DNA of 64,000 nucleotides. Source: Bacilli bacterium (GTDB taxonomy: Bacteria > Bacillota_I > Bacilli_A > RFN20 > CAG-826). The DNA lies in contig JAZLKX010000052.1 of the NCBI GenBank assembly GCA_045597865.1, positions 96,001 through 160,000 on the forward strand, given 5' to 3'. The notes under the pieces are model-generated. The model was not told where the DNA came from and made no database searches. It worked only from the letters and a program-made list of their open reading frames with translations. Below, piece after piece: positions 1-9,363 of this stretch (the first letter of the stretch is position 1; the number at the start of each line of letters is the position of its first letter). Position numbers and translations under genes: made by a program.

Positions 1-66
1 GTCGCAGTTTGCCGTAAATGGATTAGGCTTAATACTAAGGAAGATGTTGATAAGTGGTTTGAAACT

Positions 67-303
67 TTGAAAGCAGAACTGCCGTATTATCATGCACAAT
101 GCAAAGCACTTTCTGAAATCAAGAAAAAGATAAAAACTGAAGGTGCAGAGTTCAAAGCCATCATGAAAGAAAATGCTAAAAGCTCTCCTGCGTGGAAGGA
201 GGCAAGACAAAGCTATGAAGAAATGATTTTGAAGTTCATGAATAAATTGACTCGCCGTGAAGAAATCATGGCGCAAGATCGGCATTGTGATTTTACGATT
301 TAG
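67..303 (+). CDS. hypothetical protein (true start may lie upstream)
   Basis: ORF track; ends just before the promoter-like motif at ~340. Confidence 0.5.
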   Translation: MKAELPYYHAQCKALSEIKKKIKTEGAEFKAIMKENAKSSPAWKEARQSYEEMILKFMNKLTRREEIMAQDRHCDFTI

Positions 304-370
304 AAAAGTTTCGTTCAGTTGTGAATTTGTGTAAAATGTTTTTATATTTTACATAAAGAAAGGAGCTATA

Positions 371-3082
371 ATGATAAATAAGATTGATGAAAATCCTATT
401 GCTCAACCGCGTGCATATAAGCATGTCTATTATGATAAGTTTACGAAGAACATTTGTGTTCGTTATGTAGGTGATGACGAATTTACAAAAATTCCATATA
501 AGAAAGATTATTGGGTGCAGGATCCTACAGGCAAGTCAGAATGGAAGGATCAGTTCGGTATACCGATGGTTCGTCGTCAAATGACAGACAGTGATGTTAT
601 CAAGAATATGAAGGCGAATGGTATCATTATTGCTGAATCTGATTTGAAAGAAGAAGCAAAGTGGATGCACGACATTTATGATAAGTTTGAACTTACCGCG
701 AATGTTGATGACTGGCATATTGGTTTCTATGATATTGAAGTTGCTGCTGGCAATAGCGGCTTTCCTAAGCCTGAAGAAGCTGCATGGCCGATTAACTTGA
801 TTACGGTTTATTCATCAAAGACAAAGGAATATTATACTTGGTCTATCTATCCTGAAGATATTCATGAAGATGACATTATTCAACATCATCGTGGTTTTCA
901 TGATGAAATGGATATGTTGAAGGATTGGCTAAAATGGTTCAAGAATCAGCACTTTGACATCATTGCGGGTTGGAACTCAATTCTGTTTGACATGCCGTAC
1001 ATCGTGAACCGTATTAAGCGTCTTCGTGATGAAAGAGGTATTCAAACTGAATATGAATGCGCATTGTCTCCATTGGGCAAGCGTCCTATTCCAAAAGATA
1101 TTGCTGACAAAAAGCAGAAAAACGAACTAGGTACATCTTATGACATTCCTGGCTTGTTGCATTTTGACTATATGGAACTTTGGAAGACATTTGCTTCACA
1201 TCCGCCGATGGCATCATATTCACTTAATACCGTTGCTCAATTCGTAACTGGTGAAGGTAAGCTGGAATATGAAGGAACTATCAATACAGTTTGGCAAGAT
1301 CCAAAGCTAAGACAACAGTTTGGTCAGTATAACGTCGTTGACGTAAAGAGTAATGTCAACATTGAAGCAAAGTGTCAGATCATGCCATTGATTATTGGTT
1401 ATGCGTATGACTGTTTGGTGACGGTTGATAAGGTCTATAATAAAGTTCCGACCACTGAAGGTTACATGCTTCGTTACATGCATGCTGAAAAGAAGGTTAT
1501 GCGTGATAGAGCCGATCATCATGTTGACTGGTGGAAAAACGAGGAATGCTTTAAGGTAAAGCGAGCTGATGGTTCCATCTATTATCAGAACTGCAACTGG
1601 GAAAACAATGAATTTGACTTTGATGACTTCGGCGTGAAAGCAGGTTACTGTTATGACTATCCTGGCCGATATGACGACTGTATGAGCTTTGACATTACAT
1701 CAAGCTATCCTCATCATATCATGCAGTTTATGATTTCGCCTGAATGCAAAATTGCTCATCCGAAGAAGGAAGATATTGAAAGCGGTCGTGTTATTGCTTC
1801 CGATGTCGCTGAGGTTGGTTTCTTGAATGATCCAAACGCAATTCTTCCAAATATCGTTAAGAAGGTATTTGATGAAAGAAAACAGTATAAGAAACTGATG
1901 AAGGAAGCAAAGAAGAACGGCGATATGGCGTTGGCAGCTTTGTATGATAACCGTCAGGGTATTAAGAAGATTATCATTAACTCTATGTATGGTGTCTGTC
2001 TGACTGCATCATTCCACATGTATGACATTGACTGCGCTCGTTCAATTACTCGCTGTGCTCGTGTTACTCTTCGTGATTGGCTGAAGAAGTATCTTGACCA
2101 GTATTATGTATCAACCGCAATGCTTTCCGATGTTCAGAAACATTGGGGAATTACATTGAAGAATACAACACCGCTCAAGATTAAGAATCGTGAATGCGTC
2201 TGTGTGCACGCTGATACTGACAGCCTCTATTTCTGTATCAATGAATTGAAACTTCGTCTTCGTGAAGAAGGTATCAAGATTGAAACGGAAGAAGAACATC
2301 GCGAGTTTTATGCAAAGGCTGAAGAAATGTTCCAAGAATTCTTTGTGAAGGTTCTTGAAATCCGAGCTAAGGCAAGTAAGACAGTAAACAAGATTAACTA
2401 TAACCGTGAAAACGTTTTTTCTAACATGTTCTGTTTCGCAAAGAAACTTTACATCGGAAATGTAATTGACGCTGAAGGTACTCCGTATCCATTTGAAAAA
2501 CCGAAACATAAGATCATGGGCGTGCCTATTAAGCGTTCTGATATGCCGGAATTCTGTAAGGAAGCTGCTGAAGAACTTGCATTCGCGATTTGTTCTGGAC
2601 AGGATTATGAAACATCTGATAAGTTCATTAAGGATGTGTACGCAAAGTTCCAAGAAGCAGGTCCGAATGCCGTTTCTGCCAAGAAGTCAATTTCTGAATA
2701 CACTAAGTATGTAAAGGAACCGATTGAAAATTATGTAAAGAACGGACTTCACTTTGATAAGGGACAGGTATTCAATGCAAAGTGTGCTTTAGCTTACAAT
2801 TATGTTATCGCTAAGCATAAGTTGCCGTACATGCCGATTATGAATGGGAACAAGTTTAATTATGTGTATGTCAAGCCAACGAACAGATATAACATTGAAG
2901 CAACTGCATTCATTGGAAACTGGCCGAAGGAATTTGATAGCATCTTTGAAGTTGACTACGAAACGATGTTCAACAAGACATTCATTCCGCTGTTTGAAAA
3001 TATGTTCCAAGTAGCTAAATGGATTGGACCGAAGGATCATATCTCACTTGAATCTGGTGGACTTGATAGCTTCTTCTTTTAA
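371..3082 (+). CDS. 43: family B DNA polymerase (T4 gp43-like)
   Basis: ExoI YDIE, ExoII WNSILFD, ExoIII YNVVD; motif A SFDITSSYP, motif B KKIIINSMYG, motif C HADTDS, KKLY; AGGAG RBS. Confidence 0.97.
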   Translation: MINKIDENPIAQPRAYKHVYYDKFTKNICVRYVGDDEFTKIPYKKDYWVQDPTGKSEWKDQFGIPMVRRQMTDSDVIKNMKANGIIIAESDLKEEAKWMHDIYDKFELTANVDDWHIGFYDIEVAAGNSGFPKPEEAAWPINLITVYSSKTKEYYTWSIYPEDIHEDDIIQHHRGFHDEMDMLKDWLKWFKNQHFDIIAGWNSILFDMPYIVNRIKRLRDERGIQTEYECALSPLGKRPIPKDIADKKQKNELGTSYDIPGLLHFDYMELWKTFASHPPMASYSLNTVAQFVTGEGKLEYEGTINTVWQDPKLRQQFGQYNVVDVKSNVNIEAKCQIMPLIIGYAYDCLVTVDKVYNKVPTTEGYMLRYMHAEKKVMRDRADHHVDWWKNEECFKVKRADGSIYYQNCNWENNEFDFDDFGVKAGYCYDYPGRYDDCMSFDITSSYPHHIMQFMISPECKIAHPKKEDIESGRVIASDVAEVGFLNDPNAILPNIVKKVFDERKQYKKLMKEAKKNGDMALAALYDNRQGIKKIIINSMYGVCLTASFHMYDIDCARSITRCARVTLRDWLKKYLDQYYVSTAMLSDVQKHWGITLKNTTPLKIKNRECVCVHADTDSLYFCINELKLRLREEGIKIETEEEHREFYAKAEEMFQEFFVKVLEIRAKASKTVNKINYNRENVFSNMFCFAKKLYIGNVIDAEGTPYPFEKPKHKIMGVPIKRSDMPEFCKEAAEELAFAICSGQDYETSDKFIKDVYAKFQEAGPNAVSAKKSISEYTKYVKEPIENYVKNGLHFDKGQVFNAKCALAYNYVIAKHKLPYMPIMNGNKFNYVYVKPTNRYNIEATAFIGNWPKEFDSIFEVDYETMFNKTFIPLFENMFQVAKWIGPKDHISLESGGLDSFFF

Positions 3083-3094
3083 AGGATAACTAAT

Positions 3095-3880
3095 ATGTAC
3101 TGGAAACAAAACGTCATTTGCGAAATCTACGCTGCAATGCTAGAATACATCAATACACAATGTGAAGCACATGAGATCGGCGCCACATTCGTTGATGTAA
3201 AACAGTTTAGACCGCAACAGTATCGTGCTTCGCCGTTGGGTGAGCTACAGGCTAAAGTTCATAACTATGATGCACCTGACGAGGATTCTTACGACGTGAA
3301 ATACTTAGCCGAACTTGAATATGACCATGGAAGTCCACATTGGCGTTTAACTGACCCTGATGGAAATACATGTGATAATGCTGTTTTGAAAAATCAGCCA
3401 AAACTTTTTAACATGGCCGTTATCCTTGAAGGAGGTGAGCATAAATTCATTTTGGGTTTAGGCCGCATTAGACCCGCTGTTGGCTTGCCTAGCTATTATA
3501 GTTATGGTGACCCAGGTGACCCTGCCATTGCGACTAAACTCAAACTTGACACTTATGAAATCGGCTATGATGTACTGTCTTTTACTGAGGAAGAATATAA
3601 GCAGTATGGTATTGTCTCTATACTTACTCAATTAAAAACGGTCGTTGATAAACAATTCATCAAAGTTGAAAAGTTTAAGGAAATGTATGAAGACTATTTT
3701 AAACTTCAAGCTGAGCAAATTAAACTGATGGAAGAGCAGAAAGAACACCTTCGCCGTAAAGGTGAGGTAATTGCTAAAAAGATGAACATTTGGATTGAGG
3801 CAGCTGAACAAGGCGATTTAGATGGTATAGATATAACAGAAAATGAAGAAGGAGTTACTTGTGGTAAAATTAATGTATAA
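3095..3880 (+). CDS. hypothetical protein
   Basis: 261-aa ORF with AAGGA RBS; no recognisable motif. Confidence 0.7.
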   Translation: MYWKQNVICEIYAAMLEYINTQCEAHEIGATFVDVKQFRPQQYRASPLGELQAKVHNYDAPDEDSYDVKYLAELEYDHGSPHWRLTDPDGNTCDNAVLKNQPKLFNMAVILEGGEHKFILGLGRIRPAVGLPSYYSYGDPGDPAIATKLKLDTYEIGYDVLSFTEEEYKQYGIVSILTQLKTVVDKQFIKVEKFKEMYEDYFKLQAEQIKLMEEQKEHLRRKGEVIAKKMNIWIEAAEQGDLDGIDITENEEGVTCGKINV

Positions 3881-4127
3881 CCCAAAGACAAAGGAACTTG
3901 ATATTGTATGTAATCAACTAGGATGCACCCCTGGTGATTCTGAACAGTCTATTTTCTTTAGAAACTATATCTTAAGCAATGTTAGGCGTCGTGTTGAAAA
4001 CGCAAAGACTGATTGGGATGTACTTGAAGCATTAACGATACTTGACACAAATAAGTTTAAATCAGAAAAGACCTATGTTGAGAATGGTAAAATGATCATT
4101 GAATACTCTATGGTCATTGATGAATAA
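3873..4127 (+). CDS. hypothetical protein
   Basis: ORF; start moved to ATG 3873, which overlaps the end of the previous gene. Confidence 0.55.
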   Translation: MYNPKTKELDIVCNQLGCTPGDSEQSIFFRNYILSNVRRRVENAKTDWDVLEALTILDTNKFKSEKTYVENGKMIIEYSMVIDE

Positions 4128-4154
4128 ATAATTCACAATTAAAAGGAGAACTAT

Positions 4155-4355
4155 ATGAAGTTCATTATGGAAGGAGCAGCACAGCAGTGCCCAGCCGCAA
4201 TTGGTATGTTGACAGAAGATCTTCTGTTGAACCCAACATTGGCAAATGAAAAGCTAAGCAGCTTTAAGTTACAGATTAACCGTGTGGAAACCGTAAATGG
4301 TGAAAAGGTCGTGTACATCAAAGAAAGCGCAAACGATAACCTTCTCTTGGGGTAA
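4155..4355 (+). CDS. small hypothetical protein
   Basis: AAGGAG RBS; AATAAATA late-promoter-like motif upstream. Confidence 0.65.
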   Translation: MKFIMEGAAQQCPAAIGMLTEDLLLNPTLANEKLSSFKLQINRVETVNGEKVVYIKESANDNLLLG

Positions 4356-4357
4356 TT

Positions 4358-4801
4358 ATGTCAGAACAGATTAAGAACCTACCCGATTCAGCAAAAGCAC
4401 ATCTTTTTCAGATGACCTTTACAGGCATTGGCGATGATGAAATGACTGAGGCTTTGAAGCTTCGTGCTAAGTCCATTGAAACATCGCCTATCACAAAGAA
4501 CCAGCTTGTACAGTTTACTGTGGCATTTGATGAAGCTGAAGATTTTGCTACTTTGCCGTTCTGGTATGAAATGCTAGCTGATGCAGGTACAGTGACTGAA
4601 GAAGAGTTTGAAAACCAGTCATTCACACTTGATGTAAACATCTACAATGACAAAATGGAAAAGGTCATTGGCAAGACTCGTTTTAATAGTGTTAACCCTG
4701 TCGTGATTGGACCGCTTGTACTTAACCAGGAAGGCGATGGCAAGTTGCAGTATAAAGTAACCTTTATGGCTAAGAACTGTGAAGTTCTAAAGGGAGAATA
4801 A
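4358..4801 (+). CDS. tail-tube (gp19/gp54)-like fold protein, shortened
   Basis: Pattern LFQMTF..LRAKSI..FTVAFDE..W..LDVNIY..F..VNPVVIGPLVL..YKVTF resembles T4 gp19-family strands; judged by eye. Confidence 0.45.
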   Translation: MSEQIKNLPDSAKAHLFQMTFTGIGDDEMTEALKLRAKSIETSPITKNQLVQFTVAFDEAEDFATLPFWYEMLADAGTVTEEEFENQSFTLDVNIYNDKMEKVIGKTRFNSVNPVVIGPLVLNQEGDGKLQYKVTFMAKNCEVLKGE

Positions 4802-4802
4802 C

Positions 4803-5258
4803 ATGGCTGATATTCTATTCACAGGTAAGATGACTTCCTTTAACGCAAATGTGCCGGTAAAGGAATCTGCTATCACAAAGTTCACTGTTGTCGTTACGGA
4901 AGAAACAAGTGTACGTACTTTCCCGGGTCAGTTTAAGCATCCCAAGATGGATGTGTTTGACTCTATCGCAAATAATGATATCTTTGACAAGATCAGTATT
5001 CCGTGTAAGGACTATCTTGTTGAATATGATATGGTTTTTGGCGATACTGCATTCGTAGCCAAACTTGATAATCTTTCCGCAACAATTAAGCACACAAAAG
5101 ATGGCTCGCCATTTACCGTTTATACACTTCGCTTTGTTAAGGAAGTTGAAAAGGACATTGACTGGCAGCTTTCTTGCTATGCTAAATTGAAGGAAGAAAA
5201 CGAGGAAGGTAAAAAGGTTGATAAGCTCTTTACTTGCTCAATGACCGAAAAGGAATAG
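4803..5258 (+). CDS. hypothetical protein
   Basis: GGGAG RBS, 151 aa. Confidence 0.7.
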   Translation: MADILFTGKMTSFNANVPVKESAITKFTVVVTEETSVRTFPGQFKHPKMDVFDSIANNDIFDKISIPCKDYLVEYDMVFGDTAFVAKLDNLSATIKHTKDGSPFTVYTLRFVKEVEKDIDWQLSCYAKLKEENEEGKKVDKLFTCSMTEKE

Positions 5259-5294
5259 TATTTTAAGTAAACAGACAATAAATCTGCTTAAAAG

Positions 5295-5320
5295 GAGGGA
5301 AACATTAGTTTCCCTCTTTT
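5295..5320 (+). terminator. intrinsic terminator
   Basis: GAGGGAAAC-ATTA-GTTTCCCTC followed by TTTT. Confidence 0.75.
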
Positions 5321-5422
5321 GGACTTTAATATTAGCAACTGCTTAAATTTCATTAAAACAGGCAAATATGAAAAAATATGAAAAAATTGCTGAGGTTGGA
5401 AATTTTGATACTTAAATTTCAT

Positions 5423-5527
5423 AAATTTAAGCAGTTTTATTACAGTTTTTTATGAAAAACATCTGTGGTTGTGTTGTAATTCATTATTACGGTCAATTAT
5501 ACGGATAACACGAAAATTACAGTTTTA
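5423..5527. repeat. ~105-bp intergenic repeat, copy 1 (inverted relative to 44388-44491)
   Basis: Manual alignment with the reverse complement of 44388-44491 gives 9 mismatches and 1 gap. Confidence 0.9.
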
Positions 5528-5590
5528 TCACGAAAACATCGGAAATATATACTGCAGGTTTTGACGGATTTTTATTGATGTTCAACGCCT

Positions 5591-5627
5591 AAAGAGGGTT
5601 TACAAATGTTCCTCTTTTAATTAAATT
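5591..5627 (+). promoter_or_regulatory. sigma70-like early promoter with the -35 box inside a hairpin loop
   Basis: TTTACA (5599-5604)-17 bp-TAAATT (5622-5627); AAAGAGG/CCTCTTT stem around the -35. Confidence 0.65.
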
Positions 5628-5654
5628 TTTAACATAAACCAATTGAGGTTAATC

Positions 5655-5837
5655 ATGGCTAAAACAAAAACACGTGAATGTACAGATAAGTTGCTTGAAC
5701 GCTTGGAAGACGGTATTCTTTCTTGGGAAGAAGTTTGTCGTGAATGCCTTGCGGAAATGTCAGAAGACGATGTCGCTGACATGTGCAGCAAATGTGAATA
5801 TCTGGACGAAGACGGATACGGGGAAGATGAAGACTAA
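5655..5837 (+). CDS. small acidic hypothetical protein
   Basis: GAGG RBS before ATG 5655. Confidence 0.65.
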   Translation: MAKTKTRECTDKLLERLEDGILSWEEVCRECLAEMSEDDVADMCSKCEYLDEDGYGEDED

Positions 5838-6096
5838 AAAACTTTCCTTGCAGGAATATGTGGATTTTGTTTTATCCTATATCCCGGAAATGAACATTGA
5901 AACTATTGAACATTGGTATAGTTTCAATGAATGCCAGAAAACTGAAGATGACGCTTACTGGTATGTCAATATGTGGCGAGCAATAAAACAGGCCGATGCG
6001 ATTAAGCCGGACTGGTTTGATATGCAGCCGACTGACCGTGAGCGTTACTTAAATGAACTAGCTGACTGTATGCCGGAGCCAATGAGGATTGCTTAA
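5827..6096 (+). CDS. hypothetical protein
   Basis: ATG 5827 overlaps the previous gene; operon packing. Confidence 0.6.
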   Translation: MKTKKLSLQEYVDFVLSYIPEMNIETIEHWYSFNECQKTEDDAYWYVNMWRAIKQADAIKPDWFDMQPTDRERYLNELADCMPEPMRIA

Positions 6097-6098
6097 CT

Positions 6099-6332
6099 AT
6101 GATTTTTGAACATTCTTTTAGCAATGGTAACAGAGTTGCTATTGATCTTTCATCAGTAAGATATGTTGGGCTTGAACACAGAGCAGATGATAGTGAAATC
6201 ACCTTTCACTATAAAGGATTAGTAAAATCCGACAACAGTGGACTGGTATTTCACAGCAAAGATCATGAAACTCGTTCAAATACGGTATATGAAGAAATCC
6301 TTAAAGCTTTTAAAGGAGAAAACTCAATATGA
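6099..6332 (+). CDS. hypothetical protein
   Basis: ORF, operon packing. Confidence 0.6.
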   Translation: MIFEHSFSNGNRVAIDLSSVRYVGLEHRADDSEITFHYKGLVKSDNSGLVFHSKDHETRSNTVYEEILKAFKGENSI

Positions 6333-6613
6333 CACTTGAAGAACTTCAGAAATACGAAAATGCCAAAAAGGTAACAAATCCATACTTTAAGCATATCTTG
6401 CCGCGCTGGCGAGACGCCGTACTTCACGTATGGAATGATGACTTAAAGATTACATCTCCTTTCCGTCTCGCTGAATATCATCAACTTTTGGAATCTTATG
6501 GTCGCATTATTGTTGATGACGCTGACTTTAAGGCAGAAATTGAAGCTAAGCGTAATAAGATTACTGCTATCCTGCAGGTACATGGACATTTCATTGATGT
6601 TGAGGTTGACTAA
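6329..6613 (+). CDS. hypothetical protein
   Basis: AGGAG RBS, ATGA overlap. Confidence 0.65.
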   Translation: MTLEELQKYENAKKVTNPYFKHILPRWRDAVLHVWNDDLKITSPFRLAEYHQLLESYGRIIVDDADFKAEIEAKRNKITAILQVHGHFIDVEVD

Positions 6614-6798
6614 TGAAAGCAAAAGATTTGATTGCCATTCTTGAAAGTGACCCTGAAGCAGAAGTTCTTGTTCAGGTGAAAGTAACTCGTGAAGAAAATG
6701 GTTATAAACATGCTGTCAATGAATGGGTTCCTATTGAAGAAAGGCATGTTATGAAGCCGCCTTTTGGTGGACGCCAAATTTTCCTTGGCGCCTATTAG
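6613..6798 (+). CDS. hypothetical protein
   Basis: TAATG overlap, GAGG RBS. Confidence 0.6.
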   Translation: MKAKDLIAILESDPEAEVLVQVKVTREENGYKHAVNEWVPIEERHVMKPPFGGRQIFLGAY

Positions 6799-6806
6799 GA
6801 GGAAAC

Positions 6807-7424
6807 ATGCTAAAGCGACTTGATAAGTTTATTGACTCGGTCAAGGCTTGGCTAAAGTCTGATTCCATTTCAAAGTCAATTAAAGAAGGCCCAAAGGTTG
6901 TGAAAGCAAAAGCTGCTGAAATCAAAAAGACTATGGCTAGCAAAGAACCATCAAAGCCGGCGCCTAAGAAAAAGGCAACGCCCAAGCCTAAGAAGTTAAA
7001 ATCAAATGATAAGCTCAGATATGTTGAGTCTAGTTCATGGGGTGTTATGAATATGACACTTGCTGACGCCGGCATGTATGTTTATCCTTTTGACCCAAAC
7101 ATGCCTATTTCCGTTCCGCAGCTTTTATGGTGTTTAGGAAAACAAAACTGGGCAAGCTGCGGCTTTTTGCTGCAGGTATATAATGACCAAAATGTTGGCT
7201 TTCAGTATCAGTGGATGTTTGTAGCATCTGACGATAATGAAAAATTGAAAATGCACGATCTGGTCTACATTTATTCAAAAAGCGGTGTAACTAAACTTAT
7301 CAATTCTGGAAAGACACTTGATGCACTTGCTTTAAACATGGAAACCTATGTAAAACAGGTAAGGAGCGAAATTATCAAAAAGGCAATTCTTGCTGATGAT
7401 AATTTCAACTACTTTGAAGTTTAA
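6807..7424 (+). CDS. hypothetical protein with Lys/Pro/Ala-rich N-terminus
   Basis: GGAGG RBS; histone-like basic tract. Confidence 0.7.
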   Translation: MLKRLDKFIDSVKAWLKSDSISKSIKEGPKVVKAKAAEIKKTMASKEPSKPAPKKKATPKPKKLKSNDKLRYVESSSWGVMNMTLADAGMYVYPFDPNMPISVPQLLWCLGKQNWASCGFLLQVYNDQNVGFQYQWMFVASDDNEKLKMHDLVYIYSKSGVTKLINSGKTLDALALNMETYVKQVRSEIIKKAILADDNFNYFEV

Positions 7425-7451
7425 CTGACATACACATTTTGGAAAATAAAA

Positions 7452-7490
7452 TCCGCCCCGTGAAAGGGCGGGTTTTTTTTGTTATATTTT
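7452..7490 (+). terminator. intrinsic terminator merged with a TTATATTT promoter-like motif
   Basis: TCCGCCC/GGGCGGG stem, T-run, then GTTATATTTT. Confidence 0.75.
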
Positions 7491-7576
7491 TACCTAATAA
7501 ATAATGTGCCAACGGTTTTTGAACCGTGACAAGAAAAAATAAAGACACATTATGCAAGATCTATTAGGAGAAAAAT

Positions 7577-8692
7577 ATGGCAAATAAATTAGTCGCTAAA
7601 TTCAAGAAAGAAAAAGCCTTCGCTGACATTTTGGCAGCAGACAACATTGAGGATGAATTCCTCAGTACGAACTGCGCATCAGTTAACTTGCTGTTCAGCG
7701 GTAAGCTTGATGGCGGTATTAAGAAAGGCAAGATGAATACCATCTGTGCTGATTCTGGCTGGGGTAAGTCGCTTATTGGTTTGAATGTTTTGGCAAATGC
7801 GTACCGTGCTGGAATGACCTGCGTGGTAATTGATACAGAAAACGCATTTAATACACAGCTTGCAGCATCACTCGGCATTGACATTGATGATATCTTGCTT
7901 TTCAGGACTTCACGTATTCCTGAAATTAAACAGATTTATGCTCGCATCAACCATGGCCTAACTCGTGCAGAATCTCGTGAGATCTTCGTTCTTCTTGATT
8001 CTTGGGGTCCTATTGTTGAAGAACAGGTTATGGAAAAGGCTGAAGAAGCAAGTTCTGCAGTTAACATGAGCGCGGCTAAGTTCAAGAACGAACTTGCTAA
8101 TATCATTAACGCTTGTGGAAACACATCTTTCATTGTTAACCATGTGTATGAATCTCTTCAGATGTATGGCGAAAAGTTTGCTATTCCTGGTGGTAAGAGA
8201 TTGTTCTTCAACTCTGACGCTATCGTTCTTGCAAGCTCTGCTGCAAAGGCAAAGGACAAGGAAGGTAATGTTTATGGCAAGGTAATTACCGCTTCCGTTA
8301 AGAAAGGACGTGCTGCTAAGGAATTTTCTAAGACTAAGTTCTTGATTGAACATTCTGGCGGTATTAACCCTTACTTTGGTCTGCTTGAAGATGCAGTTGC
8401 TGCAGGCGTTGTGATTAAGCCAAAGCCAGGTCGCTATACTCGTCCTGAATATGATACTGATGGACGCGAATGGAAGGAAGAAGAATTGTACTGTGCTAAA
8501 TTCTGGATTCCTCTTTACAAGAACGAAGACTTCATCAAGTTCGTTGAAAAGAAATTTGCCTTTGAAGATACTCAGCTTATTTCTTCTGTTGAGAATATCA
8601 TGGATCTTATGAATCTTGATGAAAGCCAGTTGAGCGAAAAGACACTTACGGCTGAAGAAGACGATACGCCGTATGATCCTGACGAAGACTAA
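7577..8692 (+). CDS. uvsX: UvsX/RecA-like recombinase
   Basis: Walker A ADSGWGKS, VIDTE, LLDS, IVNHVY, PGG, GGINPYFGLLE; T4-like context. Confidence 0.92.
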   Translation: MANKLVAKFKKEKAFADILAADNIEDEFLSTNCASVNLLFSGKLDGGIKKGKMNTICADSGWGKSLIGLNVLANAYRAGMTCVVIDTENAFNTQLAASLGIDIDDILLFRTSRIPEIKQIYARINHGLTRAESREIFVLLDSWGPIVEEQVMEKAEEASSAVNMSAAKFKNELANIINACGNTSFIVNHVYESLQMYGEKFAIPGGKRLFFNSDAIVLASSAAKAKDKEGNVYGKVITASVKKGRAAKEFSKTKFLIEHSGGINPYFGLLEDAVAAGVVIKPKPGRYTRPEYDTDGREWKEEELYCAKFWIPLYKNEDFIKFVEKKFAFEDTQLISSVENIMDLMNLDESQLSEKTLTAEEDDTPYDPDED

Positions 8693-8802
8693 TCTTTATT
8701 AGGAAACACGCATTTGAGATGGACGGAAATTTTCTGCCCATCTCTTTTTTCTTAAAAACTTTTTTATATTTTGTTTTGAAATTTTTATAAGGAGAACTGA
8801 TA

Positions 8803-9363
8803 ATGGTAATTATCGTTGAAGGTCCAGATAGAACGGGAAAAACAACACAAATCGCAAAGATGAAAGAGCATTATGAAGCTCAAGGTAAATCTGTTCAGGT
8901 TATTCATTATGAATCCATCAAGAAAGATGAGGGTTTTAAGTACAACGCAAAAATCTTGCAGCAGATGAGCCGTGTTCGTTATGATGACATGTTAAATTTG
9001 GCAAATACTTTTGCAGAAGATGACAAGACCGTACTTATCTTTGACCGTGCTCACTTGGGTGAACTTGTATATGCACCGTTGTTTAGAAAATATGGCGGTG
9101 AATATGTTTTCAACTTGGAAGACAAGTATCCAACTTTCCTTGAAAAAACAAAACTGTTTGTTTTCGTTGATGAAGCAAAAAATCTTGTTAAGCGTGATGA
9201 TGGCAAGAGCTTGGGCAAGGTGACTAAAAAGACAAAACAGCGTGAAAAGGATTTGTTTGAGGTCGCATTTGAATGCTCAAACATTAAAGACAAGCACTTG
9301 ATTAACATCAACAAGACAAAAGAAGAAAAAGTGTGGGAATTGGTTAAGGAAAAACTTGTATGA
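8803..9363 (+). CDS. dNMP (thymidylate-kinase-like) kinase
   Basis: IVEGPDRTGKTT P-loop, FDRAHLGELVY. Confidence 0.85.
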   Translation: MVIIVEGPDRTGKTTQIAKMKEHYEAQGKSVQVIHYESIKKDEGFKYNAKILQQMSRVRYDDMLNLANTFAEDDKTVLIFDRAHLGELVYAPLFRKYGGEYVFNLEDKYPTFLEKTKLFVFVDEAKNLVKRDDGKSLGKVTKKTKQREKDLFEVAFECSNIKDKHLININKTKEEKVWELVKEKLV

